This document shows, piece after piece, positions 39,394-50,756 of a stretch of DNA of 64,000 nt. The notes under the pieces are model-generated. The model was given only the letters and a program-made list of their open reading frames with translations, was not told the origin of the DNA and did not search any database. A program made the translations under genes and the position numbers. Within the stretch, counting starts at the first letter, position 1, and each line of letters starts with the position of its first letter. The stretch comes from Heteronotia binoei (taxonomy: Eukaryota): NCBI RefSeq assembly GCF_032191835.1, contig NC_083235.1:29636001-29700000 (forward strand), written 5' to 3'.

Positions 39394-39606
39394 NNNNNNN
39401 NNNNNNNNNNNNNNNNNNNNNNNNNNNNNNNNNNNNNNNNNNNNNNNNNNNNNNNNNNNNNNNNNNNNNNNNNNNNNNNNNNNNNNNNNNNNNNNNNNNN
39501 NNNNNNNNNNNNNNNNNNNNNNNNNNNNNNNNNNNNNNNNNNNNNNNNNNNNNNNNNNNNNNNNNNNNNNNNNNNNNNNNNNNNNNNNNNNNNNNNNNNN
39601 NNNNNN
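39394..39606. other. Assembly gap (N run)
   Basis: Run of N. Confidence 0.99.
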
Positions 39607-40720
39607 AGCATTGAAGGAAACATTCAGAATCAATTCGACAGAACTGTTTACAGATAAAAATGGGGCAACCACTCAAATTTGTCAAATGTTGGAAGGCGGA
39701 AACCCCAGGGCAAGTCTATGATTCTGCAAAAAACGTTCGGTTGTATAAGAGGGTAAAACAGAAATACCGGATAGAACCAAGAGCTACATAAAGGCTGGGG
39801 TCCTAATGGTTCTTTGAGGCAGTACCTTTCCGCAGAAGGGCAGGGGGGAAACTAGGGCGTGAGTCGGACACAGCACTGGGCAAAGGGAAACGCGACAAAA
39901 AAAAAATGGGGAGGACCGACTTCTAAAACAGAACCAAACAAACAAAATTCAAGTCGAACAGGATAGGCGTCCAGCAGAAGTAACGGGAAGAAGAGCTGGG
40001 GGTGGGGGAGCAGAAAAGCAAGGGCACCTCCCGATTCACCACAAACGGAGCCGGCCCATAATTGCTCATTAAATATGGCCCTGCCGCTGGCTTGCTGGCT
40101 TGCCGGCGGTACACCAGGGGGGGTGTCTACGCCGTTCCAGGATGAGGCTCTGCACTGCGCATGTGCTGGAAGCACCCAATGCACTCTTATGAAAAGTTGC
40201 TATTGTTTATTTTTTTTAAAGGAAAAAAAAGCCGGGTTTTAAAAATATATCTATCTCGGATGCAGTGACCTTTGCCCAGTCTTATGCTCGACCCAGCCGT
40301 TCTCCTTGGCGTTAACCGGTGGACTGTGGACCATCGCGGGCTCCTTCTCCCCTCTCTCTCCCCCCCTCTCCTTCCTTTCCAGTCCTCCCGCCGCCCTCCC
40401 CACCCCAATCAACACTGCACCATTGTAAAGGGGAGGCAGACTGCAGCCGGCTTCCTCCCCGACTCCAGCTAACCAGACCGCAGTGACATCACCACCAGCA
40501 AGCAGCAACCCCCCTCGCCCGCCCCCCCCCCGCGCTCCCTCCCACCCACCCACCCGCGAATTAACCACATTTGCGCCGATCCCTTCCTGATCATATTCTA
40601 TCATAACCGGGCGACACCCTCTCTTCTCCTCTGCCTCCCGAAGCACGATGCATCATTATCTTTAACACCCAGCTCCATGGATCATTAGTTACACATTTTA
40701 GCCAATAAGGGAACACTTAC

Positions 40721-41349
40721 CCGACTCTCTCTCTCTCTCTCTCTCCCTCTTTCTCTCTCTCTCTCTCCCTCTTTCTCTCTCTTTTCTTTTTTTCTGCCTC
40801 TTTTCTGTTCCGCTGACGCTGTGTTCAGCTCCACAGAATTTTTTTTTAAAAAAAGAAGAGAGAAACAACAACAAAAAATAATAAAAAATAAACCCAAAAG
40901 TAAAGTAGTCCTTGGATTTTTTAAAAAAACATGGGGGTAAGAGGAGCAAGCTTAGGGTAAGCTTATTTTCCCCCCCTTTTAAAAAAAATCCAAAGGTATT
41001 TACAACTCCTTGTTCCCCCTCGCCATTGCATTCTCCCAAGGAAATGTGTTGCGTTTTTGCCCCAAGGGGTGGAGAATGGGAGGAGGAGGAGGCGACCCAG
41101 CGGCAGCCGTAAACTCATTATTCCCAAAATGCCCGGAGACACCAACAAACCCCCAACCCCAAGGAAAGGAAAGGAAAGAAAAAAGAACCGATACAAATTC
41201 CTCCCCTCCCCCCCTCCACCAAAAATACTACTAATAATCAAAGGAAACAAAAAAAATTACAGATACCATCGTACCCCCGTTTCACTGGCACTGCTTGGAC
41301 TGTTAAAGGAAGGAGTACTGCGAAAGAGTCATAAGAGAAACCACAATAA
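40721..41349 (-). other. Probable distal non-coding first exon shared by Hoxc4/Hoxc5/Hoxc6 transcripts
   Basis: Minus strand starts TTATTGTGGTTT...CGCAGTACTCCTTCCTTTAACAGTCCAAGCAGTGCCAGTGAAAC. It ends TGTGGAGCTGA...CAGCGGAACAGAA-(GA-rich)-TCGG|GTAAGT with a strong donor at 40720. Both ends resemble the human shared HOXC4/5/6 5' exon as I recall it, and the position downstream of Hoxc8 fits. Confidence 0.7.
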
Positions 41350-41430
41350 AAAGTTCACGTTCATGGATGGAGTCCACATGACTTCCTGTGGCCAATCCAA
41401 CTTGTGATTCAGTCGTAAACTTTTATTGCT
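41350..41430 (-). promoter_or_regulatory. Promoter of the distal shared exon
   Basis: E-box CACATG (41375-80), ETS-like ACTTCC (41381-86), CCAAT (41392-96), GTCGTAAA (41412-19) and TTTTATTG (41421-28), all just upstream of the inferred start. Confidence 0.55.
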
Positions 41431-44400
41431 CAGCTGTAAATTTTCTCCAAACAACCAAGAATGCGTTGCATTTTTTTTGGTGTGTGTGTGTGGGTGGGTG
41501 TGCGGCTAGGGCAAAAGCTCTTCTCTGTCGCCATGTTTATAGAATTCGCCTTTCTCTTATATATACATGTGTGTTAAGGGTGTGTTGTTGGGTGTGTGCA
41601 TATAGAGACACACACACACACGCATACACTCTCTCTCTCACACACATACACTTTGTTTTCAAGTCTTCCTTTTGTCAACCACATATCCTCCTCATTAAAA
41701 ACCACGAATACCAGGATACATTTGGCGAGACAGGAGGAGGCGTGACGGCTTTTTAAACCTATTTATTCATTTTCTTTCCAAATAGGCTAATATGGGGGGG
41801 GGGGCGGGGACAGAGGGGGAGGCGAGCGTCTGCCACACAACGTTACTTTCTCTCTTTTTATTATTATTGTTGCTAATTTTCTTATTCTTTCCATTTGGGC
41901 TTATTCCGGGGGCAAACCCACTAGTCCAAACTCCTCCTGATTACGGCTTTTAATCGAGCAAACCAATGACTGGGAACAAATGCAAGGCGAAGAAACAAAG
42001 AGAGGCTAAAACCGGAATGTCCACAATTATGATTAGGGGATTACAGAGCCACACAGCCTTTCTTCGGTGCACAACAAAAATGAATGGTGAACACCATCTC
42101 CGGGAGAAGGGTTTGTTGAACTTCCGCCCAAACTAGAGTTCAACTTCACAGGGCTCTTTTTTGACGACGAGACACCCTTCAGGGAAAGGAGCGTCTTCAG
42201 GTATTCCAAACTTACTCATCTTCATTTCCCTAAACTAGGACTGTCTCCCTTCCTCGAATCCAGAGGCTAGAAGAGACCATGTATCGCTAACAGACAAAAC
42301 ACCACCCAAACCTCCAACTCCAGTTCAATAGGACCTTGCCAGGTTCACACCCAGCATTTCGCCTACACTGGGACATAGACAAGATTTTAAAATAATGCAA
42401 AAGAACTGCAGCATCTGACACCTGACTGACCGAATGGCCTTCAAATCCAACAAGCGCCCTGCCCAGAGAGGCCGGTATCAAAATTAGTTGGGTTCCGAAT
42501 TATTGGGTAGCCATAAAATTCCTCACGCAGGGACCGGAGGACGATCTCAAAATCTGGCCATGGTTTTAGATTTGATTGTTCACGACAGCATATTATTATT
42601 ATTATTATTATTTTATTATTCAAATTGCTATAGGACTATGTGTTTGAATTAGGGGGAATAAACTGTGTTGGCTAGACTCATGAGATAATTAGGAAATCGC
42701 AGGGATTCCCCCCCCCCCATGAAGGTTATAACCCAGAGTTAGCCGTTGCAGAAGAAAGACACACAAATAATAGACAGACATATTCTGTCTGTAACTGCTG
42801 ACAAGTATTGACATTGCTGGCTTCAGAGACACCCACAGAACTAAGTCATAACCTTGGGAGAATTAGGGTGGTGGGGCTCTAAAAGAGAGCCATCTTTTGT
42901 CCAAATAGCCGTCGGATTTTACCTGAACTTCGGTGGATGCTAATAGGACTGGATTGCACCCAGACGTCCTTTTAAATATATATTTAAATACATATATATT
43001 CCGCAGGGCAGTTAACATTCTCTTTTGTTTCAGAATTCTTGTGGGGAAAGACAGGAGAATTGGGTGTCTAAGTGCGGGGTGCGTGTCTGTCCGAAATCGC
43101 ATTATAGGTTGTAATCCAACCGGATGGGAAGGGGAAATTCCTTTTTTTCCCGCACTTTACAAACCGCCCATAAATTTTATAACAGGTAGTTAAAAGTTAC
43201 GACGAGGAAGGAACCGTCACAACAGTGGCTCTGGAGACAATGGGACTCCCCGTTTTCCAGGGAGAAAAGGGTCCATAAAGAACAGGACTTTTTTTTATCT
43301 CTGCACCAAGCACCTAACCTGTCCACCAGGCTCTCGTCCCTGGCAAAGGGTCGCGTTTCCCTCCTTCCATTTTTTGGGGGGTGGGGGGGTGGGGGGAGAG
43401 ACTATCCCTGCCGCATTCGCTTCAGACGACTCTCCCGCTTTGTGGAAATAGCCGCCGGCTCCCGTCTTGGAGGTGATGCGGTTTTCCACCTCACATCTGG
43501 AGGCGGGAGGGTGGACGGAAAGAGGTGGGCTACCTAACTTTGCCAAGCCGAAAACGAAATATCTTAACTTGAAATTGAGAACTACAACGAGAGACAGAGT
43601 GAGAAAAGAGGAGGCGATGGGGGGCGGGCGGGGGGTGAGAAGGAGAGGGGAAAAAGAGAACCAATTTCTCCCCGACTTTGGGACATTTTTTGGGGGGGAG
43701 GGAAGGGTGGATTGGTTCATATTTTCCCAACCCCTGCCCGAAAACTCGAGTCACGAAACTTTGTAGCGCCTGGGAAATATTGGTGCACATCCCCAAGTAT
43801 GGAATCCAAACTCTTCTTACCACCCCCACCCCCCACCCCCGCGTGCTTAATGGGTACATTATCATGGAAAGGCTGCTGTGATTAGAATAATAAATTAAGC
43901 CAAAATGAACAATATGCTCCATCACAGCATTTCGAGGGATGATATTTTTCACAAATCACAAATGAAGATTTGAAAGAATTGTGATGGGCTAATAAAAAAA
44001 AAAAGAAAAGCTCAGAATATGATGATATTTCTTAACTCCAGGCGGATGGAGGCGAATCTCATTTCGGTAACACTGAAGCAATGATCATTTCCGAAATCAG
44101 CCACTTTGTGGAAACCGTTATCTTCTTTCAAATTACTTCGCCCCATAAAAATGGCCTTTCTCTTCTCCTCCCCCCCCCCCCAAATCTTTTCTTCTCGGTC
44201 TTGAAATGATGGAGTGATTACAAAAAAAAATGCATGTCATCTAAAGATGTGTCTCGGTTGTGTTGACTATAAGCTATAAACACCCCCCCCTTCCCAAAGT
44301 AACAGCTTTTTTCTTGCAGTTTCAATAATTTAACATCTAACCCTATGATGGATAAGTATCTTTCGGGAGATTCCTTCAAATCAAACCACTTAGGAATGTT

Positions 44401-46854
44401 GATTTAAATATGATGGATAGCGTGCAGATACAGCTTTCTCCCCCCCCCCCCATCGCCATTGTCCTCTCTCCCACCTCAATTTCTCTTTATTTCGAAATTA
44501 ACTAAGTTTTCTCGCCTTCCCTCCCCACCCCCCTTCCTTGCAGCTACTCCAAAAATCACCCGAAGAATTGACTACTCAAGGGCTTCCTTGAACCTTTGGG
44601 GTGTGGGGTGGGGGAGAGAAAGAAGAGGTGCTTTAAAGCCAAGACTATTGAGTTAGTTAACAGGGCGCAAAGAGGTGTCCTAAGCTTGGCTTTGAAAGGT
44701 GTGGGGTCAACTTTAAGCTCCTTCGCTTCAGGCTCGCTTGCCTGCGGAGGGCGAAGCTACCTTCCCAATGGCTGGTGACAAAAAATAATACTAATAAATC
44801 CGAATATATAGATATTATATATTTATATATATTTAACATCATAGTTCAGATAGGCCTGGCCTGGCCTTATGATGATGAGGAATAATAAAGCAGCTTACCT
44901 TTCTACTCGGTAGCCTCCTCCAGTTTGGGCAATGGAGGCTTTTATTGTCCATCCCTTGGCAAAGAGAATGCGAATTGGTGGGATCTGGCGTGCCCCCCCT
45001 CAAGGAGATGCCTGTTTAACAATAAGGGTGCGTGTGTGGGGGGGGGATGTCTATGCCTAGGCAAGCGCCTTCACTTTGTGTTGTGGATTCGAATTCCAGC
45101 TGCGGGTGCAGCAGCAACCTGCCTTCTCAGTGCCTGTATGACGGTACCGTTCACCATGATGCCGCCGGTGGCATTGTGTGGTTTGCCACCCCCACCCTCC
45201 TTTCCCCAGTTCGAAATGGAATTCCGAGAGGAGCTTCCTATAGCCAAGATCACTGGAAGTCTCCATTGCAAAATAAAGAAATGGAAGGTATTCTTTGGAC
45301 TTGGGAAAGCCGGCTTAGCTGCACGCAACCTGCGCCAGGACTGCAGCGTTTTCAGGTCCTTGAGTTCCTTAAGATATCTCAAGAAACACCTGGCTACAAT
45401 ATCCTTAATGTGCCAGAGTGTTCAGAGTGCGGGCCGGAATTCTGAAGCCAAACACAAGCATTTAGCTGGAATATTTTAAGGCCCTGAAATACATAGATGT
45501 ATGCCCCGGCCATGCACACACCCACAGAGTTGTATACACATATGTGTGTATGGACACACGACTGTATAGACATACATGGACACGCCTAACGGAAATATAG
45601 ACCACTTTATCCACCCCACCCCCTTATATAGTGTTCTCCTCTAATCTTCAGCGTTTCTGTCTCTCTCGTTGTGTCTGTGTGTCTCTTTCTTTTACACGTA
45701 CATACATACCTCACATTTATAGATTAAAAAAATATTTCAGAATCCCCATTCGGAGATTAAGAAGGCTCCCAACACCCCAGACTCTTGTCCAGATTCAGTT
45801 TACTAAGCTAGAATGTATTTTAGGAATTCTGACAGGTCTTATCTGGGGGTATCACTGTAAACAACCTGTCAATTTCCATACCAACTGCCTACGTGGGATG
45901 CAGTCCATTTCTCAGCACACCAGATACGAGAATACCCCTTCCCCCTCAAAAAGCACATATAAAAGGCACTACAGAATAACATCCTGTCCTAAAGGCTGCG
46001 TGTCTGTGGATCACATGGTGGGAAAATAACACTATTCTTACAGTTCACGCTCAGTGTTCCAGTGCAACCCAAGTATGGCTTTTGCCAAGACTCCTCCATA
46101 GCAAAATGCATTTTCCTGCCTCTTATGTCACCTACTTCCAGTACCCCAATGGCATTATAAGGGAGACCTGTAAATGGTTGATTCCCTTCGAGCAATTTAC
46201 ATTACCTTCCGCCAGGAATACAGAGAGACACCTTGTAAAATATCAAATATTGCCAGGGGATAAGCCAGCCTAGTGAATGCCATAGCTAGGGAGGCATGTA
46301 TTTTAAGCATGCTGATTTTTGTTTAATCCAAGAGGAGGTAAGGTGGGGAGGGAGAGAAAGAAGAAGACGCATCTACCTATTCCATAGCTACTGAAGGATA
46401 ATGGTGAAGGCGCCATAGTAATTTGGAGGGCGTCAGCAAAATATGGGATGGGTGGCTGAGTAATCGGGGAATCCCTAGGAGGGAATAATTCCATCCTGTA
46501 GCCATGTGCAGGTCCTTGCATTGTCTGCAATACTCAAAGATCTCTTCATAACACCAGCCATGGATAAGTAGGAATGATCTTGATTTCCCTCTCTCCTCTT
46601 TTGTTTACACAGTTGCTGTCGAGATAACAAACCAGAAGACACCTCCTATTCCACTGATTTCCATAGATTTTGCTTCCCAATTCATTCAGTTCAGGACCTT
46701 CATCCTGTGAATGCGTTAATACCGCTGCCTGGGTTTTAACCATTTCGAACACTCCTGTAACTTGAACGTTTGAATTGTTCTCAGCCAGTGGAGTTTATGA
46801 GCCCCAGAAATTGTCCAGCTTAAAAAAAAAACAACACGATTTTTTGGGCTTCTT

Positions 46855-46867
46855 TTTATTGTTTATT
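46855..46867 (-). terminator. Probable Hoxc8 polyadenylation signals (two tandem AATAAA)
   Basis: tttatt at 46855-60 and 46862-67. A GU/U-rich downstream element follows on the sense strand (about 46822-38). The site is about 1.55 kb past the stop. Confidence 0.65.
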
Positions 46868-47144
46868 TACGTAATGTCTCACGTATACAATACAAATCCA
46901 CGGTTGCCAGAACTGGCTTTTCTGGCAGAAATTGCTACATTCAGAGCTTGGAACACGCAGAGAACTATGGTGTACATAAAACAAATGACATTTTTTTCTT
47001 TTCTTTTCTTTTCTTTTTTGTAATTCGAGCATGTTGCATTAACAGATAAGTCAAGACAAATAGATAACTATACATTCAGTGCAATTGAAGTCCTAAACTA
47101 CATTATAAGCACAATAAAATAATACAATACTGTGCGTTCTTATC

Positions 47145-47165
47145 TAGGCAGTTTCAGTTGTTGGG
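47145..47165 (-). promoter_or_regulatory. Near-perfect miR-196 target site in the Hoxc8 3'UTR
   Basis: The + strand TAGGCAGTTTCA-GTTGTTGGG matches miR-196a UAGGUAGUUUCAUGUUGUUGGG with one G:U wobble and one bulge. This is the known extended HOXC8 site. Confidence 0.93.
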
Positions 47166-48417
47166 AAACAAATTTACCTCTTTTTTCCAAGAAAAAAAAA
47201 TCATAAGCAGCAACATACGACAACAAAACCGCGTTACAAATACTTTCGAAGCATGACTCCTTCTATAGGTAGTGATAAGATACATTACGATGTGGGGTGG
47301 TTCTTTTTCTGTATTTTTTTTTATTACTACTTATTATTCTTAATTGCTGCTACTTAGTAGCTTGCATTGGGGCATTACACTCCTCTCTTTTTGAAAAAGT
47401 GATTTCCACCAAGTTTATTTTCCCCCTCCCGTCTGTGTAAGCCCCCACTTTGTTGCTAACAGAGTATTATTGCAGGTTTCCCATTAGGTAGTATGTTAAG
47501 AATTTCGAGCGCTCACACCGAGTCCTATAAGTAAACAACGCCCATAGGAAATCATTCCATGGGTCCACGTTCTTCGCAGTTCTCCTATGCAGTTTTACTC
47601 AGAAGTAAGCCCCCTCCTTCCCTTGATTAGGGTGGGCTTTCCTTCCAGGTGAAGAAGCATTGGAGTCGCAGCTTTTGCCTGCCATATAACAGGACAATAT
47701 AATAGGTAGACTGTATGTACAGATATATTCATAGATAACTAGTAAGCATGTGGATCTGTCTTCAGGCACATGTCAAGCCTCTGTTCTCCCCCCCGCCCCC
47801 TCCCGCTCCCAAATTGTCCTTCAGTAGGTACATATTGAGAGCTAAAAGTTAAAAATAAAATCATAGAAGGACCTTAATGTGGAAGAATGTATAGGTAGAT
47901 AGTTTTTTTTTTTAAGACTAAGCATAAAGCATTATGATTCACCCCCCCCCCCCCAACCCCCATGGCATGATTAAACTTGGGGAGGAAACAAGGTCGAGAA
48001 GAAACAGGAATCACCCCCACTTCCGAACAAATACATCAGAGCATTTGTGGTTTAGAGTTAGAACAGAGCAAGAAGTGAAAAGGGGGTGGGGTCATTGCTG
48101 GTGGTGATGATCGTAAGGTCCACTTCTTTGCAAATAGGTAATGCTGAGTTCGGACTGGGCTCATGTCAACCCAGTTCTATATTTATTTTATTGAAAGCCA
48201 AAGAAGGGGGTGGTGGATTGCTGCTATAGGATGGGGGGGGGGGGAACCTAGGGGAAGTTCGATGACAATAAAAGAAGGAGTTCTACAACTGTTTGACAGG
48301 TAGTTACTGTTGTGTGTGAGTCTCTCCATTCTATACTCTATAAAAGCGAATGACCGTCGTAAACATCTCGATTTATCATCTGCCATAAAACTGAGGACTT
48401 CAAGGAGCTGAGAGGGA

Positions 48418-48710
48418 TCAGTCCTTGCTTTCTTCTTTCTCCTCTTCTTCTTTCTCCTCTTCCTCGTTGCCTTCCTCCTCCGCTTTCTCTTCTTCCCTGG
48501 CCCCGGGGAGTTTATCTTTGTTGTTTTCTTTCTTCCATTTCATCCTCCGGTTCTGGAACCATATCTTTACCTGCCTCTCTGTCAGTCCCAGGGCGTGAGA
48601 GACCTCGATGCGCCGCTTCCGTGTTAAATAGGGGTTGAAGAGGAACTCTTTCTCTAGCTCCAGGGTTTGATACCGGCTGTAAGTCTGCCTGCCACTGCGC
48701 CTTCCAGGAG
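48418..48710 (-). CDS. HOXC8: Homeobox protein Hox-C8, coding exon 2 (homeodomain)
   Basis: Acceptor ccccag|CT at 48710. Encodes (A)[99 protein letters not shown] at 48420-48418. Confidence 0.98.
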
Positions 48711-50320
48711 CTGGGGACGGGGTGGGGGGAGGACAGCAGCAGCAACAACAACAAAAAAGAACTTGTTAGGTTCTCTTTCCCCTTTTGCTTTGATTCTGTC
48801 TTCTCCCCACCGAAGAAAGCTAGCCACTTTCTCCCTCGGTCACCCCCAGTCCCACAACCTTCCTAGCATTCCAACAGTCCAATAAAAGAAACCATTCCCT
48901 TTAAATAGTAGTGCCAGAGCAGCCATGCCTCCATGCAGCCTCCCATCCACCCCCTCCTCGCAATATTTACTTTTTAACCTCCTGATGCAAATCTCATTCT
49001 TTGAAATACAGCCCCCTCGATTCTAAGTCTGGGTCGGTAGCCCTCAAGATAAGAGATTTCCCTGCCACTATTTTGGTGTTTGTTTTTAAATATAGACTAC
49101 GCTTCTGCTTTCGGAGGGAGGTTGCCTTTTGATGCATCCATACGTATGGCTGCAGAAAGCCCTACATATAAACACTGAGAAGGTACCCCCAATCCCTCCC
49201 AAATATGATGTTGTTCTATATAATAAGCATGCTATGATATCCTGTATCTCTGTGCATATGAGTATGTGCACACATACCTCGGCGTGTATATGAGTAGATG
49301 TATACACGCACATATGCATATATACAGAAATACATATAGTACTCTAGTAGCACCCCACATAAATACTACCATATCAGTTTTTCCTACTGGGGAAGGGTCT
49401 GGCTTACAAAAGCAACTTTTAAACCCTTTTACTACTCGCTTCTGTCTCTTCTTCGGAGCTTTCACGGGCCCCATCCCAGCCTTGTTTACAGGGCAGCTGT
49501 GCTCTAAAGAAGGAACTGGGTTCTAAAGAAGGCTAATCTCCCACTTCAAATAACTTACCCTTTATGTGAATAAACAAACCTTCTAAGCAAAGGCAGTGAA
49601 AGTTGTTCTGGGGAAGTATTATAGCATTGAAAGTGCTGCCTTAAGCAAAGTCGAGGTCAATCAATTGCATAGTATTATGTTATGTATATTATTGAAATGA
49701 CTATTTTTCTTTTCTTCCTCGTGCAGAACAGTCTAGGGTTACCTCCCTCTTTTTCCATTTTTTTTAAATACCCCGCCAAGTTGTCCTTTCAAGTTTAATC
49801 TTTTAATTTCGAGGATCTCTCAAAATATCCTAAATGGTCTTTAGCAAAGTATACAAACGTCCCCCCCTTCCCCAAATCCTCACACCTTTTAAACTCAAGA
49901 CGTCAAGCGGTTTAAGAAAAGCTGTATGACATTTTTTTTGGGGGGGGGGGGGGAGGCAGCGTATTATGAACATGCTAATAACCTCGTGGGAGCTGTATCT
50001 TATTGCTCTCCTCGAGGCAAGCCATTAAAAAAAAGTTTTACTTTATTGTGATTTAAACCCAGAAATCACCTTCCTGGCTTCCTAAACCAACTGCAGCCTT
50101 GTTTACTTTTTTTAAAAAGGACACCCCCCCCCCTCGCAACAGGAAGCAGAAACATTATTACAATCAAACCTTCTCTCTGTCTTTCTCTGTCTCCCCAAAT
50201 ACAAAACATATCCCCCACCATTCCCCACCCCCTCTTTTTCCTTCCTGCTTAAACATTTTAAAAAAATCAAACACATTTAAAGAAGAAGGAAGAACAAAAA
50301 AGAAGAAGAAAGATCCTAAC

Positions 50321-50756
50321 CGTGAGGTCTCATCCATGGGAACATGAGGCTGGGCGAAGAATTTTGATTTAAATGCCCTTGTCCCTCGCTAGAGTTACTG
50401 TTGGAAGAGGATTTACAGTCAGGATATTGTACCACGGCTGCCTCTTGCTGGGCACCATAAAGCGATTGCCTTGGTAGGGCTTCGTATCCATAGAATTTGG
50501 AAGCGTCGCCGTGGCACGCCAGAGCGCAAGGGTTTTGCTGGTATCCCGAGTTCGAAATGCTGGAGGTTCCGTGGTGGAAGAACTCTTGGACGTGGTGTGA
50601 CGGGTGTTGGAAGCTGGGAGCCGTGGTGCCCGGACCGTACACGAGAGCATGGCTCCTGCTCACACTTTGTGGAAATCTGCAGTCGTAGTAAGTTGGTTCC
50701 AGGGACTCGCCGCCTTTGTACTTGGAGAAAAGAGGATTTACAAAGTAGGAACTCAT
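50321..50756 (-). CDS. HOXC8: Homeobox protein Hox-C8, coding exon 1
   Basis: ATG at 50756 begins MSSYFVNPLFSKYKGGESLEPTYYDCRFPQSV...SSPSLMFPWMRPH. Donor G|GTTAG at 50321. 436+293 nt gives 242 aa plus stop. Confidence 0.98.

Noticed and set aside
44925-45479. 184-aa plus-strand ORF
   Set aside because: It opens on a non-ATG codon, has no recognisable domain and is antisense to the cluster. Its length is compatible with chance in GC-rich DNA.
28000-46800. Hoxc7 remnant between Hoxc8 and Hoxc6
   Set aside because: I saw no homeobox or hexapeptide trace on either strand. The short N gaps cannot be inspected.
49230-49345. Partly palindromic purine/pyrimidine-alternating tract in the Hoxc8 intron
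   Set aside because: The self-complementarity follows from (TA/TG/CA)n low complexity, and there are no TIRs or TSD.
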